Source of the DNA: Octopus vulgaris
Lineage: Eukaryota
NCBI GenBank assembly: GCA_951406725.2
Contig: OX597816.1
Coordinates: forward strand, 85,622,001 to 85,686,000
Direction of reading: 5' to 3'
DNA: 64,000 nt
Shown: one piece after another, positions 53,581-64,000 of the stretch
Layout: each line of letters begins with the position of its first letter
Position numbering within the stretch: position 1 is the stretch's first letter
Program-made: the position numbers and the translations under genes
Notes under the pieces: generated by a model
Told to the model about the DNA's origin: nothing
What the model saw: only the letters and a program-made list of their open reading frames with translations
Databases searched by the model: none

Positions 53581-53813
53581 TACAAAAGGTATTTAAAAGT
53601 TTTAAACATTTGCTGCTTTCTTTTATCTCGTATTTTTCCTTTTTCGTCTTGGAACAGAATATTTCCGACAGAAATTTCATGCTAATAACATAAACAGCAA
53701 CATCGTCACCACCAAGAACAGTAGAATCTCCTTTTCTACCTTCTTATCCTCCGCCGCCTCATCGTCCCCCACCAGCACCAGCACCACCGCCGCCGCCGCT
53801 GCTGCTGCTGCTG

Positions 53814-53874
<61 letters not shown>

Positions 53875-54307
53875 AGCATTGATATAAAGAGATCTATGAT
53901 GATAACGTTGATGATGGTAATTGTAATAATAAGAACAGCAGCAAAAACAACAAGAACAATTGAAGACAAAAACGAACAAATAAAATAAATTATACGTGCG
54001 CTACACTTGAATAATATGGATGCATGAATTAATTTTAATAGGAACAAGTCTCCACAAATGAAATGCAAGTCATTTAAATGAAATCTACATGAAAGAATAG
54101 AAAAATGCAATGATATAGGCAACTACTGCAATAATAATGCCAGGTGTGAATATTAAAGTAACACACGCACACACAGACACACACACGCACACGCACACAC
54201 ATACACACACACATACACACATATATATATATAGATAGACAGAAAGTTAGATATACATATCTATACATATATATGTACATGTGTGTGTATGTTTGTATGT
54301 ATATATG

Positions 54308-54374
<67 letters not shown>

Positions 54375-54378
<4 letters not shown>

Positions 54379-55082
54379 CTTAGAATAACTTAGAAAGGTT
54401 TTTGGCCAGTATTGGCCCAGCCCATGTCTAACTTAATAGCACCACCTGGCGAAGTCTTTCAGTTCAGGATTTGGGCACCAAGGCCCATTCGAGCAGAGAG
54501 TTATTGTTTGCGGAGACATATCCGGGTGTGGGTGGTTTGTCCGGTACTGTGTGAAGGAATTTGTCCAAAGACTTCTTGAATTTTGTGTGGTCAGTTTCTT
54601 TTTTGGCGTGTCCTGGTGTAATGTTGAAGAGAGCGGGTCCAATTGAGGTGAAATAGTTGTGCCGTATTGTCGTTATGTGATGCGATTTAGATTTTTCTTG
54701 GGGACGGATGGCACGTGGTCCAAGCCTTGGATGCATTTTGAAGGTGATGCCAACATCATTCGGACAGTGCTGATGGAATATTTTCCACATCATGCAGATA
54801 ATGTAGCGTTCACGGCGTCGTTGGAGTGAATACAATTTCAGCTTCTCTAGTCTACCCCAGTAGTCAAGGTCTGACATGCCATCTATCTTTTTTGTGATTG
54901 ACCTTTGGGGGGCTTCAATTCTCATAATATTTTGTTTTGTGTAGGGAGACCACAGTGGACAGCAGTATTCAAGGTGGGGTCGGGCAAAAGTGGAGAAGAG
55001 AAGGATAATAGCGTGGGAATCTCTCGACTGGAAGGTTCTGAGAATCCAGGAACACATTCTGCGGGCCATGTCAACTTTGCTG
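54375..55082 (-). mobile_element. 5'-truncated CR1-group LINE (C-terminal ORF2 plus 3' UTR); ORF 54464-55069 still open
   Basis: WILRTFQSRD...RPHLEYCCPLWSPY...IEAPQRSITKKIDGMSDLDYWGRLEKLKLYSLQRRRER...FNITP...FKKSLDKFL; tail (TTCTAAGTTA)x2 abutting (TA)n. Confidence 0.93.
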
Positions 55083-56074
55083 CTTATATGTGTAGCATAT
55101 ATATATATTTACATACATACACACACATACATACGTATATTCATAAGCAGACATATGTATGTACGTATATATATACATATCTCATTAGTACCGTATTTCA
55201 AAATAAACTATTTTAAATTACTTTTCCCCGTATTACATATAGATACATTCATACATACGTACATATATATATATCTGCGTTTGAATGTCTGAACATTTGT
55301 GTTTCTAAGTTGTGTTGTATATAAGGTTATACGCACACATACGTAGACCAAAATATAGCATAGTTGCTTGTTAACAGCTGTGCATAAGGTATGTTACATT
55401 ACCACTCGACTTTTGGCAATTTTATGGCAAATCGGGTATTGTAGAAATCATTATGCGATTGTATCTTGATCTATTCAGATATATTTTAAAGTTTCCATTA
55501 TAAATTATGTTGTAATATTTTAAACGTGTACGTGCTTACTAGCGTCTGATTCGACAAAGGTGACTGATGGATAGGAAAACAATATGTGTATTTATGTACA
55601 TGTTTGGTCTTTATGTTTAGGCGTAATTTACAGATTATATCGATATACTTTAAGGAAAAAGACCTTCGCGTGAAGAATCCGCATCGTATATATATATCTG
55701 TCTGGACATTTATTTAAATAGAACGACTGATAAGAAAATGTATGTTATTTAAGGAGCCATTGGCGAGATTTCTGCATATCATTTATGAATATAGCAACGC
55801 GTTTGAGGCCGTTTACAGATAAATGAGGCTGGTTTGATACTTTTGCAGTAACGTTTCAAATTTGAACTATACCATGAAAGCATAAATTATTGAATGATTT
55901 ATACTATGCATGGCGGATGGCTGAGTTAAAAAGGACCATGTAATAATTCTAGGGTAAATCATTCTTTTGCGTGGTCCAAATGAGAATTGTGATGTTAGTA
56001 TCGAATAACAACAGCGATCATGCCGCTAAATCTTTCTTTATTTCAAGTGAAGTACTTTTTCCTCCTATGTAAAT

Positions 56075-56195
56075 TCGCCTGCAGTCGAAATTGCGAGGAT
56101 GATCCGGTTCTTGACTGAAGGCTTCGAATGCCCCGTCCGTGTTTTTTGTATCGTCTTCTAAATGTTTTGCGTTCTTATCCCAGTTTGTATTTTTC
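56075..56195 (+). mobile_element. 3' fragment of the A segment of the 999-2865 family
   Basis: CAGTCGAAATTGCGAGGATGATCCGGTTCTTGACTGAAGGCTTCGAATGCCCCGTCC, then (TA)n. Confidence 0.7.
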
Positions 56196-56198
56196 TAC

Positions 56199-56233
<35 letters not shown>

Positions 56234-59200
56234 AATTTATATTTTATATGGAAAGCTGATATTTCTAGACAGTTATAATTTTGTGAATAGCAGATATATT
56301 TTAAGATATTGAAAGTTAAGCCTGCGACAGACTGGCGTTTCCTTCTGGGGGGAGATGTTGGCATCACCGCCTAGCCAGTTGGGTAACATCTTTGAAAGCC
56401 GAAGAATGTGAGGAAGCGCATTGTACAAAACACCCGATATCTTGAGTTTGTTTGAAACTACAGAACATTACATGTATTAATTAGAGTAAAATGCACATTT
56501 TGTAGGATTTTTACGTGGATAAAATATTTCTCAAATATTAAGCAAAATTTCAGATCTGAAATTCCTAAATTGTACAGAATTGAGAACTGTATCCGAACAA
56601 CTCAAAATCACCATAATGTTGTCGACTAGGGTACGTGCAATGCTGAAATATTTCGATTGTTTCATCTTGAAGAAATGCAGTAATAGTAAATAGAGTCTAA
56701 GCATTTTTATGAAACTATTATGAAGGCAGACCATTTCAAAATATTGCTTACTGTAAATTAAAATAGTTTCGATTTTCCTCGAAAGATTAGGATTTCGATG
56801 TTTCGGACTGTGCCCTAATATCTAAATGAAAATTCTAAATCGTATTTGCTAAATGTTAATAACTGCTTTTTATGAAGCTGGTCATACTAATAACTACTTC
56901 ATAATAGTAATGTTTCCATTAATTTCTACGTCTCTTTCTTGTTAGTGTTTATTCATTTGCACTTGAGGACATATAGCTTCAGATGTTCTTTTGCTATTTT
57001 TGAAAACTGTTTCTGCTTAAATAGCGAGTGAGACTAAAAGTTGTCTTTTTACCAGTATAACCCAGCTTTTAGTATGAACTGGAAACATATTGTTATTTTC
57101 GACTACAAAAGTGCTGTCTTGGGTATAAGTCTGATTCAATTATATTAATAGACCTCTTTCACTATTTATATTTGTCTAATTTTAAAGGGTTTCCTTTCAT
57201 AACTTATTTTCGTCTATATCTTTCTTAATTATAAATAATGTAGTACTTGTTGCAGGAACAGCAATAGTGATTATAGTAACAACAGCACCATTAATAGAGT
57301 GGTAGTAGAAATAGCTGTTGTTGTAGATGCAGCAACAGTATTCGTGTAGTAGTAGTAGTAGCTGTTGTGTATAGATGTTAGCGCCTTTGTATATAGATGT
57401 TAGCGCCTGGTAAGCCACAGTTGTGTTTTTATAGACGATTACATTGTCCAATGTATCCTGGTCTATCTGTTGCTTATATCAGTTTGGTATACGACAAGGA
57501 ATGTTCCCTTATCGGCTCGACTGGACAATCCTTTCTTTTTAATAGCTTAATATAAAAGAAAAAATAGAATATTTTCCATTCTTCAGTTAGTGTTAAAATC
57601 TGTTGCTAAAACTAGTGACAGTATGTCTCCAGGTATGCTACACGCGGAAGTATGAAGAGAAAAGGAAGGGAAAAGAGATGTTTTATTGAGGTCTTGGTTG
57701 CCTAGATTATCAGCATTTAAACCTCAACAACCATTGTTTGTCTTATGTGTTGCCTCACTGGAGGAAAGCGAAAAAGAAACTAGTATAAGAAATAATATGG
57801 CGAAAATATTACTTCTATGTTTCAAAAGCCAATCCAACCCTATTTACCTAGGTCTCAAATGAGATACTAAATGTCGCAGCGAAGCTGCTGCTACTCGAGG
57901 AATCTAATGATGTTTAAATCTGGCAATGTTAGTTCATCTCATAGTCTGGTATATTCGATTTTAAAAGGAGGAAAGAAATTATGACCCACCTACTACACTA
58001 GTACGAGTTTAAGCATTGAAAATACATATGAATAGCTTAGATGAAATGTAACGACTTTAGCCAATATCGATGTTGGTGCTTTTTTCTTAATTGCTTACAG
58101 TATATATGGTCGAGTGGAAGTTGTTTAGAATTAGTTTTATGATATTGTTTAGCGAATGATTCACATCTAATATAACAAAGTTACAACCAGAAAATTTTTA
58201 TATTTCTGGTTCTGTTTGCCATGTTCGTTTATGTGGATCGTTTACGAACTTCAATTTTTCTCTGAAATTGCGTATTTTTATATATTCCATGGTTGAATGT
58301 TGATTTATAACAGCATCTCTGTGATTCAGAAGCATATCATTATGTTATTGAAAGCTCAATCCATGCACACACACACACACAAATATACACATACGCATGC
58401 GCACATGAACACACATATGTTGGCAATTCCTTCTCATGGTGTCGTGGATTCATGTGCTTGGGTTTTGAAAATACCGAGGAAATTTATATTGGGTAAATTG
58501 GTTTAGTGATTTTATTGACAGTTCAAAACTGATAAGATATTTATTAGATTTTCGTCACCATTTTCTAATTTATACTCTTTCTTGTATTGCGCAATTGCTA
58601 GGCAAACGTCTTACAATTAACTGTTCGTCATAGGCGATGGACTGCTAATAGGAGCAAGCTATCCTATCGAACGTTGAGTTCTATAATGTTGAATCGAATG
58701 AACATATACGTTTCTCTCATTATGCTGTGGAAGCGTTCGATTGAGGATTTAGTCTACCGGTGTATTGGTGCCGTTAGTTTAATTTTAGGATCGATATTTT
58801 GTCGGCTTTATTGATGACGATTCTATAGTTTCCCTTCGTCGGACGTATTAAACTGCATAGACTCCAATTGTAAACGGATCACCTACGAAGGATATCCGAT
58901 TCCAAGGCTATTTGAGTAAAGTAATCAAGTATCTAGTCACAAGATCACTATCTTCAATATTACTTAGTGTCACTTAGGCGGAATTACACGCCAGAATTTT
59001 TTAGGTATAGAATTTCAGAATAAAGAGAAATTGAGACAAATTTTAAAAGAACTTAATGGCAAGATTACTTGGGCCGCCATTTCTTATTTCAGACCACAAA
59101 AATAATTTGTGAAGTCACGACAAGATTTGATTCCTAATATTCTTTAAGTGATAGAAGCTAAAGTTTAATGGGGTTAAGTTGTTGGAGGCCAATGATGTTA

Positions 59201-59239
59201 AGAGTTTTGTGACGGTGGTTATTGAAATATATGCATATG

Positions 59240-61390
59240 GCTTTAAGTCTCTGTATACATTCATGCCAAATAATGAAGCAATCCTCTAGATGTCTCTTCC
59301 AGTTACTTTCTATCTATAAGGGGAATGCCAACCTTTGCTAAACTAGTCATGGGGTTCCTTGAAAGCAAACTTTATCCTAAGGTACTAGAAAAATACGGAA
59401 ACCCATTCTCTCCAGTGGCGGACTGACCAGGCTGCCAGCTTGCCTGATCGCAAGTAGGCCCCTGCGCCATTAGAATTCACATAGGAGGGCCCATGTTAGT
59501 ATCTAAGGGGCCCATCCCCTCAAGTTTGAGAATTTTTTATTCACTCCTGGAAGTATGCATTAATTATTTCAACCTGGCTGTGCTTGTAGAAAAGAATACT
59601 TTTAACAAAAGAAAAAAAATAAATGATTGTATAGTAGTTGCGGGTCGTCCACCTTAGTCTCATGGCAACCAATATTTTCAGATTCAATCTGCCACTGATT
59701 CTTTCTGTACATAGAATATAACTGGAAGAGATATCTAGAAGACTGTTTAATTCTTTGGCATGAAAGTATGGTGAGACTTAAAGAATATCAAGCACCTCTA
59801 AATGGACTTGACATTGATATTAACTTTACGATGGAATATAGCCATCGACAACTTCCATTCCTCGACATCCTCTTTAAGAAATGTAACAACAAAATAGAAA
59901 CAGACATATGCTATAAGCCCACAAACTCCAAGCAATATCTACCGTCCAACTCATGCCCCCCAGGCACATCAAAAGGAATTTCTTTTTCAGCCTGGCAAAA
60001 AGGATTTGCACTATAGTATCTGATACAAACATCAGGGACACACGACTAAATGAGCTAAAGGATACACTCATCAGCAGAAACTACACACCATCAATAATTG
60101 TTATAAGTTTTCAATATGCCCTACAACTCAACATCGACGAACTGAGACACATCAAACTAAAGAAGGATTTACAAGGGAAAGCCCTACTATACATATCCAC
60201 ATACAACCCCCTAAACAATGCGGCCTTTGACATCATCCTCCAGAACATTCCTTTATTAAAAGGGGATTATAGAATGAAACAAATCCTCCAAACACACAAC
60301 ATCATAAAGAGCTAAAAACAAACTAAGTCAATTAGTCTTCTCACACAGGCCCAAGTACTCGTTAATAACATTGAAACCGACAGTAAAAAATGCGGAAGAC
60401 CTAACTATGTACTTGAAGGAATGGATTTCTTCTCCAAACAAGGTCAACGTTTTGCAGTGAAAAACAACTTCACATGTGCTTCGAAATATCTAATATGTGT
60501 GTTAACTTGCCCAGGATATCAAGAGTAATACATTGGTCAAACTAAATATAGCCGACACCACAAGATGACCGCACATAGATCCCAGATTAAAATACGGGAA
60601 TGCAAAAAATAGCATGAAGTGAATACATCGACATTTGCGCCACTAACGAACAACCCAACTTTAGATTTTTCCCCTCTATAAATTCAAGAACAATGTAACC
60701 TATAATCAACGCATTAGCAAAGAATCTTATTTTTTCACGAAATATAAAACTCTTTTGAATGCTTCCACCACAGATGACACTACTACAAGGATCTTAGAGT
60801 AATATCCACGCAAATATTTAAAACGATAGATATATTCAGAACAGTCGCTTCTCATCAGTTTATTTAGAACAATTCCAACCACTACTGCCACAACCAAAAC
60901 AGGCTACTATAAGTGACTTGACTATTAAGGAAGATTCCACGAAGTCTACTGCTGGGTCATCCTTCCTCGTCCTTCCTCATCTTTCTTCTTCTTTTTCTTT
61001 CTCTTCCTCTTCACCGTCTATCTCGGCTGCTGCTGATTAAACCATCAATCTTCGTATCAACATAAAAACTATTTCTTCAGGTCTCTACTATTAGGAGTCT
61101 TCACAAAGGAAAAGAGGAAGAGAGATAGAGAGACAGACATACAGACAAAAGGAAAATGTCCTACTTATTTGAAAAGTATGAAAATATTTACAAAACATTT
61201 CAATTAAATATTTCTTCAATTTAATTGTTTTTTCTTGCTTTACTCTTAGTTGAAAAAGTCGAAAAGATTGAAACTGGTACTAATCTTTACAAAAATTACT
61301 TCATAAAAATTATTTTAGCATTTTCTATCTTCTCTCATTTTCCTAATACATATCAACTCGTCTGTTACTCTTCAACATTCTACGCATACG

Positions 61391-61395
<5 letters not shown>
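59240..61395 (+). mobile_element. Decayed PLE 3' half: RT, GIY-YIG endonuclease, 3' UTR and pLTR ending in (TA)n
   Basis: KSLYTFMP, WKRYLEDC, INFTMEYSHRQLPFLDIL, TDICYKPTNSKQYL, SLAKRICTIVSD, KKCGRPN, NFTCASKYLICVLTCPGYQE*YIGQT, FRFFPL. The Cys linker and C-terminal EN suggest the Neptune/Naiad type. Confidence 0.92.
59413..59697. mobile_element. Non-autonomous hAT-type MITE (285 bp) inserted in the PLE
   Basis: TIRs CAGTGGCGGACTGA / TCAATCTGCCACTG; 8-bp TSD ATTCTCTC / ATTCTTTC; the homologous PLE site at ~22410-22460 is empty. Confidence 0.9.
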
Positions 61396-61423
<28 letters not shown>

Positions 61424-61445
61424 TGTATTTATATCTATCTATCTA

Positions 61446-61481
<36 letters not shown>

Positions 61482-61599
61482 TATATATGTTTAGTACTGT
61501 ATCACTGTACCACTGCAGTAATGTACGGACCAGGATATCGAAAGTTGTTATAAAATGCTGTTCACAATGCGCTTCTTCGCACAATTGTAGCTTCTGAAT

Positions 61600-61815
61600 T
61601 ATCCCAGCCTACTGGCTCGTTGGGCAGGCCAAAATTAGCCCTGAGCGAAACGCCAATCTGCCCCAGGTTTACCCATTCAAAGCCCATTGGATTTGAAAAA
61701 CGTGAAATAAATTGCCTGGCTCAAGAACACAATGCACAGTGATTTGGGAAATTGAATCCACGTTGTTGCGTCCGTGAGTGCGATACACAAACTAGTAGGT
61801 CACTCAACTTCACTC
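61600..61815 (-). mobile_element. Decayed tRNA/CORE SINE
   Basis: GTGAAATAAATTGCCTGGCTCAAGAACACAATGCAC...GGAAATTGAATCCACG...CCGTGAGTGCGATACACAAACTAGTAGG is a reverse-strand CORE plus tRNA head. Confidence 0.6.
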
Positions 61816-62499
61816 CCACATACACACAAGCAATAGAACACCATGTCCTCAAACATGAGAAGAGTGACTTTTTAGTGAAAGGTCTGCAGGAAACTCTCTA
61901 ATAATGTACATAAATATCGACTTGCATCGTATTATAAAGATGTTAAAATTTGCAAGAAGTTTATACTCTCTACTCGCATCGTATCTTCATTGGTTTACTT
62001 TTGAAATTGAAGTGTCACAGATACATACAAAACGCGTGTTTACCAAAATTATCAGAGAAAACATTTAGCTTTTAATGAGTGCGCAGAATTTTCAAGTATG
62101 TAGGCTAATGATACTTCAAATATGATAAACATATAATTACAAATGTAATGAAAGTTGTAGTTTCTATTCCCATATGCTTCTGTTGCTGAAGCAGTGTTGT
62201 ATATTCAAGCAAATTTACAAAACGTTCATGATGTTGAATGCATTCATTCTTTCCAGACATAAAATAAATGTAACTTATACATGTGAATTCCCGTATACAC
62301 ACATTTCACTGGTCATATATTTATATGCAAGTGTAAAGACAAAAATTTGCAATTTTATAGATATTACCTGCGTAGTCGATGAAGCAGAATATTTATGAAT
62401 CTTGCTTAAATGCTGAAAGCATTTTTGCCTTCATTATAATTCTCGCTAACCCATAATTCTTAGTTAACTAGGTTTTGTTATTGTGTATATCCAAAATAA

Positions 62500-62716
62500 T
62501 AATGGCTTCAAATTTTGCCACAAGGGCAGACATTTTGGAGGTGGGGACGAGTCGATGTAATCGACTCCAGTGTTCTACTGGTAATTATTTTATCGAACCC
62601 CAGAAGATGAAAAGCAAAGCTGACCTCGACAGAATTTGAACACATAACTTAGCAACAGGTGAAATAGCGCTAAGCATTTCGTCCAACGCGCTAACGATTC
62701 TGCTAGCTGACTGCCT
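62500..62716 (-). mobile_element. Decayed Nin/Deu-type SINE
   Basis: GTCGATGTAATCGACTCCAGTGTTCTACTGGTAATTATTTTATCGAACCCCAGAAGATGAAAAGCAAAG...GCTAACGATTCTGCTAGCT. Confidence 0.8.
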
Positions 62717-62771
62717 GATGCATACACGTGCACTGATATTTCAGTCAGTAAATTGAATGTGTGCAGAAATT

Positions 62772-63214
62772 GGATCTTTTCGGTTTGAACGGCAGTTTTT
62801 AACATAATTTCTAGGTAACTAAAAATTTTAAACTTCGAATACTGGTAGAATGTGTTTATAAAACATCTTTTTCTCTTGGCTTTATTGAGAAAATTCTATA
62901 GTTTGTAAGATATTTGTTGTTGTTTTTTCTTCAATTTCTGCAATTTCAACCAATCACTGACGTCTATTGATGTAAATAACATTCTGTGCCGTATGAATAT
63001 GTCCCTCGTTTAAGAAACAGATTGGGTTTATTTACATTTGTGAAGAAAAAAATACCCTTCCCCCCACCCCTAACCCTAACTCTAACCCTAACCCTCACTA
63101 ACCCTAACTCTAAAACAGATTGAACTGCAATAGATCGATACTAGGGTCATAATTATGGGTGACAATTTCATATGACACCGCTAGAAAAAACTGCCGTTCA
63201 AACCGAAAGGATCC
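62772..63214. mobile_element. Non-autonomous DNA transposon (Merlin-like: GG termini, 8-bp TSD) carrying internal telomeric repeats
   Basis: TIRs GGATCTTTTCGGTTTGAACGGCAGTTTTT / AAAAACTGCCGTTCAAACCGAAAGGATCC (29 bp, 1 mismatch); TSD CAGAAATT / CGGAAATT; (CCCTAA)n at 63068-63113. Confidence 0.85.
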
Positions 63215-63859
63215 CGGAAATTTTCTGAAATTGAATATGGATTATTTTACTGTTGTTCAAATCCAAATTCCAGGATTGTAGCTTTGCTTCCTTGTTAAAT
63301 ATGAGTCGTTTCTCTATAGGAAATATTCAAACATCTCAAAGCAACAAGCGAACATACATTAACACATATTTATATGAGCATGTGTATCTCTCATTCTCTC
63401 TCTTTCTGTCACTCTATTCTATCTCTCTCTATTCCTTTCTGTCTGTGTGTGTCTGTCTCTCTCCGTATGTGTGAGTGCGTGTGTGCGTGCGTACGCATGT
63501 ATATAAGCGCGCACACATGTATGTATGTAGTATGTTACTCTATACCGCAATAAAATTATTATTCGAGTCATTTAACCTGCATACCTATTAGCACTCCAGA
63601 TTAATTTTTAGCAACGACCCATATTCACAACTCTCTTCAAATCGTTTATTTCATTTAACATTAAAATTTCCAATCATTTATCTGTATATGACTATTAAGC
63701 CAAATATATATCGATATATTAATATTATCTGAACGAATAATGAAACAATTTACATTTGCATTTTTCTTGACCGACTTTTCATAACGAACACATTTATTGC
63801 CTTTACACAAAGATTGTCTGCATTATTATTACCAGTATTATTATATTATTATCAGAATG

Positions 63860-64000
63860 TCTTCTTCTTCTTCTTCTTCTTCTTCTTCTTCTTCTTCTTC
63901 TTCTTCTTTCCTACTACTACCAATACTACTACTACTACTACCACTACTACTACTACTACTACTACTGCTGCTGCTGTTGCCGCTGTAACTACCACTACTG
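63860..64000. repeat. (CTT)n-(CTA)n-(CTG)n compound microsatellite
   Basis: Direct reading. Confidence 0.93.

Noticed and set aside
60480-60545. Selenocysteine recoding in the PLE GIY-YIG zinc motif
   Set aside because: The Cys positions read TGC and TAT and the in-frame stop is TAA, not TGA; ordinary decay.
63068-63113. True chromosome end
   Set aside because: Short, degenerate tract enclosed within TIRs and TSD, with ordinary sequence on both sides.

Overview
AT-rich, microsatellite-saturated eukaryotic DNA, intronic or intergenic. Its tRNA-headed SINE families, Penelope-like elements (PLEs) and Dong/R4, CR1, Hero and RTE LINE remnants suggest a coleoid cephalopod such as Octopus; this is an inference, not a database result. 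I see no intact host gene, and most ORFs in the track are translated microsatellites. Main contents: (i) a non-coding ~720-760 bp element integrated into (TA)n/(CA)n as partial tandem multimers (999-2865; diverged copies at 10105-11010, 17240-17640, 56075-56195), carrying conserved hairpins and a CUGANGA motif; (ii) three decayed PLE RT/GIY-YIG copies and several pLTR fragments with minimal or variant hammerhead-ribozyme motifs; (iii) a TAA-targeted Dong/R4 LINE and a fixed-length ~530 bp TAA-targeted partner element; (iv) DNA-transposon remnants (mariner; a hAT MITE inside a PLE; a Merlin-like MITE with telomeric repeats); (v) several long palindromes; (vi) a few low-confidence exon/promoter candidates. 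All alignments and folds were done by eye.
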